This document shows, piece by piece, positions 51,262-59,758 of a stretch of DNA of 64,000 nt. This stretch comes from Spirochaetia bacterium (GTDB lineage Bacteria; Spirochaetota; Spirochaetia; SZUA-6; Bin103). A program made the translations under genes and the position numbers. How positions within the stretch are numbered: the first letter of the stretch is position 1; each line of letters begins with the position of its first letter. The stretch covers positions 544,001 through 608,000 of the forward strand of contig OZ241863.1 of the NCBI GenBank assembly GCA_965203055.1, written 5' to 3'. Under the pieces are notes generated by a model. It did no database searches, was not told where the DNA came from, and saw only the letters and a program-made list of their open reading frames with translations.

Positions 51262-52761
51262 ATGCGTAGCATCCTGATCAGTTGGATCGGCAATACGGAC
51301 CTGAAAGCGTCGCAGGGAGGCGCGGAGGGTATCGGACCGGTGGCCAAGGCCGTGGAGGACGGTACGTACGACGACGCCTTTCTGCTCACCACGTATGGCG
51401 ACGAGGCGGAACGCTACCGAGAGTGGCTCGAAGGGCGCGCGAGCGGGATCAGTCTCCACCTGCTGCACGAGCGGCTCACCAGCCCCACGGCCTTCGGCGA
51501 GGTCTACCCAGCCGCGGTCCGCGCCTGCGAACGGGCGCGCGCGGCCGCCGGTCCGGGCGCCGCGCTCACGTTCCATCTGAGCCCCGGCACGCCGGCCATG
51601 TCCGCGGTGTGGATCATCCTGGCCAAGACGCGCTTCGAGGCAACGATCATCGAGTCGTCGAAAGAGCACGGCGTCCGGGAGGTCTCCGTCCCCTTCGACA
51701 TCTCGGCTGAGTTTCTCGCCGATCTACTGCGGCAGCCGGACCGGGATCTGGAACGTCTGAGCGCCGGGCTGCCGCCGCAGGCGCCCGCCTTCGACGAGAT
51801 CGTCCATCGCAGCCCGGAGATGCGGCGCGTCATTTTGCTCGCCCGGCGGGTCGCGCTGCACTCGGTGCCGGTTCTGATCGAGGGAGAGTCCGGCACGGGC
51901 AAGGAGCTGATGGCGCGGGCCATCCACCACTCGAGCCCACGACGGGAGGAACGGTTCATCTCGGTCAACTGCGGCGCAATACCTGAGAATCTGGTTGAGT
52001 CGGAGTTGTTCGGCCATGAGAAGGGCGCGTTCACCGGTGCCGTCAAGATGCGAAAGGGGCACTTCGAAGCCGCGAGTGGCGGAACGCTATTTTTGGATGA
52101 GATCGGGGAGCTGCCGCTTTCGGCGCAGACGAAGCTGTTGCGCGTCCTGCAGGAAGGGACGGTCCAGCGTGTCGGCAGCAGCGACACGCGTTCAGTAGAC
52201 GTGCGCGTCATCGCGGCGACCAACCGTACCCTGACGGAGGAGGTCGCACGCGGCCGGTTCCGCGAAGACCTCTTCTATCGTCTGGCGGTGGCGGTGCTCA
52301 AGCTGCCGCCGCTCCGCGAGCGCGGCGGCGACGTCGGGCCCATGACGGATCATCTTCTCGTCCAAATCAACCGCGAGTTGGCGAAAGCTCTTGGTTATCG
52401 GCGCAAAAGCCTTTCCGCTTCGGCAAGGAATCTTCTTACTCGGCACCCGTGGCCGGGCAACGTACGCGAGTTGCGCAACACGCTGATGCGCGCCGCGCTC
52501 TGGTCGGCGGGCGACATCATCACGGGGGACGACCTGCGCGGTGCGCTGCTATCGGCGCTCGGCGACCGCAAGCGGGACGTGTGGGACCGTCCCTTGGGCG
52601 GCGGTTTCAGCATCGAGGCGCTGTTGGCGGAGATCAGGCGCCATTATCTGAGCCGCGCGATGGAGAAGGCCGGCGACAACAAGACCAGGGCAGCCAAACT
52701 ACTGGGACTCCGCAGCCATCAGACGCTCAGCAACTGGCTGAAACAGCACGCGGCGGAATGA
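51262..52761 (+). CDS. sigma54 enhancer-binding protein with N-terminal CARF (RtcR-like) domain
   Basis: AGGAGG RBS; ILISWIGNTD...FHLSPGTPAM; GESGTGKE, GAFTGA, FLDEIGE, WPGNVREL; Fis-type HTH NKTRAAKLLG. Confidence 0.88.
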   Translation: MRSILISWIGNTDLKASQGGAEGIGPVAKAVEDGTYDDAFLLTTYGDEAERYREWLEGRASGISLHLLHERLTSPTAFGEVYPAAVRACERARAAAGPGAALTFHLSPGTPAMSAVWIILAKTRFEATIIESSKEHGVREVSVPFDISAEFLADLLRQPDRDLERLSAGLPPQAPAFDEIVHRSPEMRRVILLARRVALHSVPVLIEGESGTGKELMARAIHHSSPRREERFISVNCGAIPENLVESELFGHEKGAFTGAVKMRKGHFEAASGGTLFLDEIGELPLSAQTKLLRVLQEGTVQRVGSSDTRSVDVRVIAATNRTLTEEVARGRFREDLFYRLAVAVLKLPPLRERGGDVGPMTDHLLVQINRELAKALGYRRKSLSASARNLLTRHPWPGNVRELRNTLMRAALWSAGDIITGDDLRGALLSALGDRKRDVWDRPLGGGFSIEALLAEIRRHYLSRAMEKAGDNKTRAAKLLGLRSHQTLSNWLKQHAAE

Positions 52762-52777
52762 TGGCACGATTATTGCT
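52762..52777 (+). promoter_or_regulatory. sigma54 -24/-12 promoter of the csb2-cas1-cas2 operon
   Basis: TGGCACG-ATTA-TTGCT immediately after the regulator stop. Confidence 0.85.
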
Positions 52778-52833
52778 TATCAGGTATTGAGGGCCGAGTT
52801 CGGAACGAGCCGTCAGCCCCGGAGGAAAGAATC

Positions 52834-52914
52834 ATGGCGCAGGACGTAGAGAAACTACTGACGACGACTAGCACCCACGCCAACCCGCCTCGCGGCCCGC
52901 GGAGACGCGCGTGA
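52834..52914 (+). CDS. 26-aa leader ORF or gene stub
   Basis: GGAGG RBS; MAQDVEKLLTTTSTHANPPRGPRRRA; TGA overlaps the next GTG. Confidence 0.4.
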   Translation: MAQDVEKLLTTTSTHANPPRGPRRRA

Positions 52915-53642
52915 CCGGCGGGCCGGCGCGCGCGGCGCGGATGCCGGATTGCGTGCGCTTTCGTCTCACCGGCGACCGGCTCCCGACTGCGCGCCTGGGG
53001 CATCAGGTCGCCGAACGCGCCCGCCGCGCCGCGCTCGGCCGGGCACGCATGATGTACGGACCGGACGGCATACCCGCGGCGCTGTCGGGCCACGGCGCCC
53101 AGGCCGGCGCGCCGGCCCTGGAGCACCGGCACGCCTTCTGGCTGCCGGAGGATGCCGACGGCGACGGGCGCATCGACCATCTCACCGTGCACGCCCGGGC
53201 GATGGACGGGACGGCGCTGGCGGCGCTGTTGGCCGCGGACATCGCCGTCCATGCACGACGCGAGCACTGGCGCGCAGCCTCGGACTGGATCGGCCGCCAT
53301 GACGAGCCGGACATCCCCACGGCCCTGCTGGAGGTCGCGGTCGAATGGGTCTCCGTCGCTCCCTACTACCGGCCGTGGCACGCGAAGCGCGGCTTCTCGC
53401 AGGACGACATGATCCGCCGCGAATGCGCCGCGCGCGGTCTGCCTCCGGTGACGGAGGTGGAGTTGATCGGCTCCGGCGCCGCCCCGCCGCGCTGGCGCTG
53501 GCGCGAAAGCGCGCCGAAGGGGAACGGCCGGGGCACGGCGTGGCGGCTGGTCTTCGCCGCGCCCGTGCGCGGGCCGCTGGCGTTCGGCTACGGCTGTCAC
53601 TTCGGCCTCGGCCTGTTCGCCCCGGAGTCGGGCGATGCGTGA
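52911..53642 (+). CDS. csb2: Csb2 C-terminal (Cas6-like) half, likely crRNA-processing enzyme
   Basis: LSGH, HRHAFWLPED, IDHLTV, W.SVAPY, GPLAFGYGCHFGLGLF G-loop. Confidence 0.8.
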   Translation: MTGGPARAARMPDCVRFRLTGDRLPTARLGHQVAERARRAALGRARMMYGPDGIPAALSGHGAQAGAPALEHRHAFWLPEDADGDGRIDHLTVHARAMDGTALAALLAADIAVHARREHWRAASDWIGRHDEPDIPTALLEVAVEWVSVAPYYRPWHAKRGFSQDDMIRRECAARGLPPVTEVELIGSGAAPPRWRWRESAPKGNGRGTAWRLVFAAPVRGPLAFGYGCHFGLGLFAPESGDA

Positions 53643-54678
53643 CGCCGACCGGCGCGACCGCGCCGCGGCCATCCGCCATCCGGTCTACGTCAACAACCAG
53701 GGCGCGCGCATCGGCCTGACCGGTCACACCCTCGAGGTGGCGATGCTGGACAAGCGCCGGCGCCGGCACCTGCGCCTGGACGAAATGTCCGAAATGACCG
53801 TCATGGGCAACATCCAGGTAACCACGCCTGCGCTGCAGGAACTGATGCGGCGCGGCATCCCGGTGTGCTGGACGACCTCCTCCGGCTGGTTCCTGGGCGC
53901 CACTTCCGGCTTCGGCCACGGCGATGGCGCGTTGCGCGCGGAACAGCACGCCGCCGCCGCCGACCCCGCGCGCCGCGTCGCCTTTGCCCGCACTTGGGTG
54001 GCCGCCAAGATCCGGAACTGCCGCACCCTCCTGCGCCGCAACGGGAGCGGCCGCGAGGCGAAGATCGCAGTGCGTCAACTGACGGAACTCGTGGAAAACG
54101 CGGAACGCACCGCCGATCTGGACAAGCTGCGCGGCTACGAGGGCGCCGCGGCCGCCGCCTACTTCAGGACCTTCCCGGCCATGCTGCGCGGGCGGGCGGC
54201 CTGGGCCGCCGAACGGTACCGGGGCCGCAACCGCCGGCCGCCGCGCGATCCGGTCAACGCCGCGCTCTCCTTCGCCTACGCCGTCCAGACCCGCTCCTGG
54301 AGCGTCGCCGTCACCGCCGCCGGACTCGATCTGTTCACCGGGTTCCTGCACGGCTTCCGGCATGGTCGTCCCGCGTTGGCGCTCGACCTGATGGAACCGG
54401 CGCGGCCGCGGATCGCGGATTCCGCGGTCCTGCGCATATTCAATTCGGGGATGCTGAAAGCCGGCTACATGGAACAGGAGGGCAACGCAGTCCTGCTCGG
54501 CGAGCAGGGCCGGCGCGTCCTGCTGGACGCACTGGAAGACCGGCTGGACGAGTCGAGCCTCCACGACCGCCTGGGGCGGGCCATCATCTACCGCGACCTG
54601 CCGTCCATCGAAGCCGCCCGCCTCGCGCGCGCTCTGCGCCGCAACGACGAGCCGCCGGCGCAGATGAGCTGGCGGTAG
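53635..54678 (+). CDS. cas1: Cas1 (no Cas4 or RT fusion)
   Basis: GNIQVTTPAL, LRGYEGAAAAAYF, RNRRPPRDPVNAALSFAY, GRPALALDLMEP. Confidence 0.93.
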   Translation: MRDADRRDRAAAIRHPVYVNNQGARIGLTGHTLEVAMLDKRRRRHLRLDEMSEMTVMGNIQVTTPALQELMRRGIPVCWTTSSGWFLGATSGFGHGDGALRAEQHAAAADPARRVAFARTWVAAKIRNCRTLLRRNGSGREAKIAVRQLTELVENAERTADLDKLRGYEGAAAAAYFRTFPAMLRGRAAWAAERYRGRNRRPPRDPVNAALSFAYAVQTRSWSVAVTAAGLDLFTGFLHGFRHGRPALALDLMEPARPRIADSAVLRIFNSGMLKAGYMEQEGNAVLLGEQGRRVLLDALEDRLDESSLHDRLGRAIIYRDLPSIEAARLARALRRNDEPPAQMSWR

Positions 54679-54693
54679 CAGCGGAGCGTCCTC

Positions 54694-54969
54694 ATGCCGC
54701 CTGCCGGAAGGGACTACCTGGTAGCCTACGACGTTTCGTCCCCCAAGCGGTGGCGCCGGGTCTACCGGCTGCTGCACGGTTACGGCGACTGGGTTCAGCT
54801 TTCCGTGTTCCGGTGCCGGCTGGACCCCCGACGCCGCCGCCGGATGGAGCAGGAGCTGCGCGCCGTGATGGAGACCGCCGAAGACCGGCTGCTCATCGCG
54901 CGGCTGGAGGAGGACGGACAAACGGCCGCCGACCGGGCGAAGTCGGATCGACGGGCATTGATCGTGTAA
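54694..54969 (+). CDS. cas2: Cas2
   Basis: YLVAYDVS..RWRRV, GYGDWVQLSVF. Confidence 0.93.
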   Translation: MPPAGRDYLVAYDVSSPKRWRRVYRLLHGYGDWVQLSVFRCRLDPRRRRRMEQELRAVMETAEDRLLIARLEEDGQTAADRAKSDRRALIV

Positions 54970-55008
54970 CCGCCGCGCGGCGTGCTATGCTGGCCGGCGT
55001 CTGGAGGC

Positions 55009-55609
55009 GTGGTCGAATGCCTCGGGTACTACTTCCGCAACCACCCCGACGTGTACGTGTCCGGCAGCCTGCTGATCTACTACGAGGAAGGGACGCGGGC
55101 GAGGGTGGCGCCGGACGTGTTCGTGGTGTTCGGCGCGGGCAAAGAAGAACGCTCGTCGTACCTGCTGTGGAAGGAGGCCAAGGCGCCCGACTTCGTGCTG
55201 GAGATCGCGTCGCCGGGGACGTGGCGGGACGATCAGACCTGGAAGCGGGAGTTGTACCGCCGGCTGGGGGTGGGTGAGTACTGGCAGTACGATCCGACGC
55301 GGAACTACCTGCAGCCGCCGCTGCAGGGGTTGGAGTTGGAGGTTCTACGATCCGCAGACCGGAGAGGAGCTGCGGAACTTGGCGGAGGCCGAAGACGGAC
55401 GCCGGGAGGCGGAGGCCCGCGTGGAGCAGGAAGCGGCCGCCCGCCGCCGGGAGGCAGCCGCCCGCCAGGCCGCAGAAGCCCGCGTCCATCAGGAGGCGGC
55501 CGCCCGCCAGGCCGCAGAGACCAGCGCCCACCAGGAAGCGGCTGCCCGCCAAGCGGCCGAAGCGCGTTTGGCCGAACTCGAGGCATTGTTACGCCGCCGA
55601 TCCGACTGA
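55009..55609 (+). pseudogene. Uma2-family endonuclease remnant
   Basis: VAPDVFVVFG, APDFVLEIASP, EYWQYDP; frameshift at ~55343 to RFYDPQTGE plus EAAARQAAE repeats; 5' end missing. Confidence 0.75.
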
Positions 55610-55639
55610 CGCTACCTACGTTTTTGGAAGTGCCCGCCC

Positions 55640-55897
55640 TGTGGTGTTGCCAAATAACCGGATGTGGCATAGGGTAGCCGTCAAGCAGGCGTCTTTGACA
55701 GAGCGACCGAGCCGGAGGGGTGTGCTGCTGATCCTTCCGGATTCCGCTCGCGTCGCACGAAAGCGTTGCCGCCAAGGGAGATATGGCAGATAATCCTGAG
55801 TGAACGTCCAGTTGAGGGGTCCGATTGCTCGTCATGGCTGCCTCCGCTCGCGGGACTTGAGATTTGTGCTTGCAGATCATGGGGTTGCGGGACGGCA
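55640..55897 (+). promoter_or_regulatory. CRISPR leader
   Basis: Non-coding stretch between the cas2/Uma2 region and the first intact repeat; degenerate repeats lie at the far end. Confidence 0.6.
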
Positions 55898-57497
55898 GTC
55901 ACCAGCCGCGCGAAACGCGCGGCCCTATTGAAACACACGCTTGGCCTTGGTCAGGTTGACCCGGATGAATGATGTCACCAGCCGCGCGAAACGCGCGGCC
56001 CTATTGAAACCAGGCGGAACGCGATGCAATCGTCATCCCCGCGTGGAACGGTCACCAGCCGCGCGAAACGCGCGGCCCTATTGAAACTCATGGCGTCGGG
56101 GAGAGTGGCGTCCGCCCGCCAGGAAAGTCACCAGCCGCGCGAAACGCGCGGCCCTATTGAAACTTGATCGCCTTGTCGATTGCTTCTACGACATCATCCT
56201 GGTCACCAGCCGCGCGAAACGCGCGGCCCTATTGAAACCTCCTTGACCTGCTCATCCGTGATCAACCCCATGTTGTCACCAGCCGCGCGAAACGCGCGGC
56301 CCTATTGAAACTTTAGAGACAGAAAAAGAACCTGAATAAACTACATACCGTCACCAGCCGCGCGAAACGCGCGGCCCTATTGAAACACGAATCTTGTTCG
56401 CCTTATAGGCCCGCTGAGTGGAAGTCACCAGCCGCGCGAAACGCGCGGCCCTATTGAAACACTGCGAATGGGAGACGATGTCTTCATCGACCTGATCGGG
56501 TCACCAGCCGCGCGAAACGCGCGGCCCTATTGAAACGCTTCGGCGATCTTGCCGTTGCCGAGAAACGTCTTGGCGGTCACCAGCCGCGCGAAACGCGCGG
56601 CCCTATTGAAACTTGTACTCTGCAAGCTGATCTAAGATCTCTGTTCGACGTCACCAGCCGCGCGAAACGCGCGGCCCTATTGAAACCCGACAGGAACGTT
56701 CGTCTCATTGAACTTGGCCGCCGAGTCACCAGCCGCGCGAAACGCGCGGCCCTATTGAAACGTGGGGACGCCGATCCACACTATGGCGCGGCAGGCGCGG
56801 GTCACCAGCCGCGCGAAACGCGCGGCCCTATTGAAACCTCCTTGAACGCTTTCGGTATACGTATGGGCAATACGAGTCACCAGCCGCGCGAAACGCGCGG
56901 CCCTATTGAAACGGTATCGGAAGTTTCGCCGCCCCCGGTGGGAGGTCACCAGCCGCGCGAAACGCGCGGCTCTATTGAACTCCTTCGGCGCCGCAAGGAC
57001 TCCGAACGGATTCTTGAGGTCACCAGCCGCGCGAAACGCGCGGCCCTATTGAAACCTGGGCGCGGTCACGATCACGTGCTCGCCGCTATGCGGTCACCAG
57101 CCGCGCGAAACGCGCGGCTCTATTGAAACTCCTTCGGCGCCGCAAGGACTCCGAACGGATTCTTGAGGTCACCAGCCGTGCGAAACGCGCGGCCCTATTG
57201 AAACCTGGGCGCGGTCACGATCACGTGCTCGCCGCTATGCGGTCACCAGCCGCGCGAAACGCGCGGCTCTATTGAAACTCCTTCGGCGCCGCAAGGACTC
57301 CGAACGGATTCTTGAGGTCACTAGCCGCGCGAAACGCGCGGCCCTATTGAAACCTGGGCGCGGTCACGATCACGTGCTCGCCGTTATGCGGTCACCAGCC
57401 GCGCGAAACGCGCGGCTCTATTGAAACGCCGCCCGCGCCGCGCACACGCACGCCCACCCGGCCGCCTGTCACCAGCCGCGCGAAACGCGCGGCCCTA
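55898..57497 (+). CRISPR. CRISPR array: 22 repeats (last truncated) and 21 spacers of 32-40 bp
   Basis: 37-bp repeat GTCACCAGCCGCGCGAAACGCGCGGCCCTATTGAAAC; GCCGCGCG-AAA-CGCGCGGC hairpin; ATTGAAAC handle. Confidence 0.98.
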
Positions 57498-58575
57498 CAG
57501 GCGTCGATGAGCGATAGAGGTAAAGATCGAGAATGTCGACTGGACATGGAATGTCAATCTCAAAATCTGGCCTGACAAATGATCAAGAAGCTCTGGAGGC
57601 AGGTAGAGATGTTGCAGTGTATGAGCGTTGAGATGATCCAAGAGATGGCAAAGCATCGCCGCCTTTTGGAGGTCTACCGACACATGGTTTCTCGACTACT
57701 ACGAGAAGGTTGGTCAGAGATGGTGGATCACATTCTTTGTCATCGTGGCAGCCTTCTTAATGGATTGTAGGAGGTTGCCAAGAATTGGACAAGATGACAC
57801 GCGAAGTATTAGCGAATGCGTATCCAATCCCGATGTCATTGCCAGTGTGAAGAGGCGGAGGAGGTGAGCGAGGCATTGTTTTATGCAAGGGAAGAGCCTA
57901 TCTACAAGAGTCTTCTTACCAAAGAGGATCTCAAGGAGCTCCGGAAACAGTATGCAAAGAATGTTGAGAGGTGCAAGAAGGAAGCAGAAAGGCCGGATGT
58001 GAAGGAGTTTTGGGGATGGGTAGCCTTGGGAATAATCTTCCTTGTGGCCTGCTACTTCTTGGCAGGGTGTTCAGAGCTCATGCCATACCAGGGTTGAGAC
58101 TGAAGTCTACAAGAGTGATGCACGCTGTGAATGCGTACTTCACTATGGCGCTACAGATGGTACCTTTGTAGGATGTGGGAGGGTTGTTCAGATCGAGACT
58201 ACAAGAGGGTCGGAGTATGGGAGTGAGGCGTATGGAGCAAGGGCGTTTGTGAGTAACGGATATGTTCGCATAGTAGGCAACACTCGAATAGTGTTATGGG
58301 TGAATACCTCTTGTTAGTCGAACCCCTTAGGAGTAGATGATGGAACGTAGAGTCAGGCTTGCGATAGACACTTTTGGGTATTGGCGATTGCCCTTCCGTC
58401 TATCGGTATATTGATTGCGGTCTTGGATTTTAACTTTGAGAATAACGGGCCTTTCGGAGGGGTAGACCTTAAGGGGGATGTCTGTTAGCTCAGGAGGATT
58501 TCCTGGGCCAATCGACGTACCCTAAGACTTGTAGGAAAGACGTTGGTCTGCGTGAATAGGAATCAGAAATATACT
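57498..58575 (+). other. lower-GC foreign (phage-like) segment with short ORFs
   Basis: Abrupt compositional shift; ORFs 57579..57770 and 57816..58097 (C-terminal TM); several AGGAG motifs. Confidence 0.55.
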
Positions 58576-58579
58576 ACGA

Positions 58580-59628
58580 GTCGCGCGGGTGCGCGATCTG
58601 CCAATCCTGGACCAGTCCACCATCCTGGTGCTGGCGCGGCGCCGCTTGGCCTGCCCACAGTGCGGTCCGAAACTCGAACACCTGAACTGGCTGGCTCCCT
58701 ATGCCCGGGTCACCAACCGGCTGGCCGAGAGCGTAGCGCAGATGTGCGCAGTGCTGCCGATCAAACACGTAGCGCAGCACTACGAGCTGCGCTGGGACGC
58801 GGTGAAGGAACTGGATAAGGCGTACTTGCAGCGCACCCTCGGACCGGTGCAGTTGCAGGGAGTCACCCAACTGGTGATGGACGAATTCGCGCTGCGCCGC
58901 GGGCATCGCTACGCCACAGTCATCGTCGATGCCCTCACCAAGCGCGTGCTGTGGGTTGGTAAAGGTCGGCGCCGGGAAGACATACGGCCATTCTTCCAAC
59001 TCTTGGGCAGGGCCGGCTGTGAAGCTATCGAGGCGGTGGCGATGGATATGAACGGCGCCTACGAGCCGGAGGTGCGCCAGAACTGTCCGCAGGCCAGGAT
59101 CGTGTACGACTTGTTCCACGTCGTGGCCAAGTACGGGCGCGAGGTGATCGACCGGGTGCGCGTGGACGAAGCCAACCGGCTGCGAGCTGACCGGCCAGCG
59201 CGAGCGGTGGTGAAAGGGTCACGGTGGCTGCTGCTGCGCAATCGGCAGAACATCCGCAAGCGCGAGGATCGGGTCAAGCTGCGGGAACTGCTGCAAGCCA
59301 ACGAGTCGATCGCTACGGTCTACCTCCTGCGCGACGATCTGAAGCATCTGTGGGAGTATCGCCGTGCGGGGAATGCGCAACGGTTCTGGGAGCAATGGTA
59401 CGAGCGGGCGCAGGCCAGCGGCATCGCGCCGCTGATCAAGTTTGCGACGGCGATGAAGAAGCGACTGCACGGGATCCTGGCGCACTGCCGGTGGCCGCTG
59501 CACACCAGTCTGATCGAAGGCATGAATAACAAGATCAAGGTGATCAAACGAATGGCCTATGGGCTCCGCGACAACGACTACTTCTTCCTCAAGATCAGGG
59601 CCTCTTTCCCGGAGATGCCGGATGAACC
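58580..59628 (+). mobile_element. 5'-truncated ISL3-family element
   Basis: VRDLPIL, MDEFALRRGHRYAT, MDM, YDLFHVV, EGMNNKIKVIKR; right end ...GCCGGATGAACC. Confidence 0.88.
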
Positions 59629-59758
59629 TCTTTTTCTCGTCCGGCCCAATCCTACCCACAACCCGCAGCAACGTTCAACCAGAGCATCGAGCGAGCGTCC
59701 CGGACGGAGCCGCGCCGCGCTTGACGCCGGTGCGGTTCCGGTACATTCTGATTCACGG

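Noticed and set aside
53635..54678. Possible RT-Cas1 or Cas4-Cas1 fusion
   Set aside because: 347 aa, with no RT YADD or Cas4 cysteine cluster.
55420..55570. Tandem GC-rich repeats near the array
   Set aside because: Coding EAAARQAAE coiled-coil repeats of Uma2, not degenerate CRISPR repeats.
55664..55680. TGGCAT in the CRISPR leader as a sigma54 promoter
   Set aside because: The GC is one base too close; no TTGC.
56537..56575. Spacer 9 shares GACGTTTCTCGGC with the HNH-element flank
   Set aside because: Only 13 bp match; not credible self-targeting.
56530..57126. ORFs across the CRISPR array
   Set aside because: Translation of repeats and spacers.
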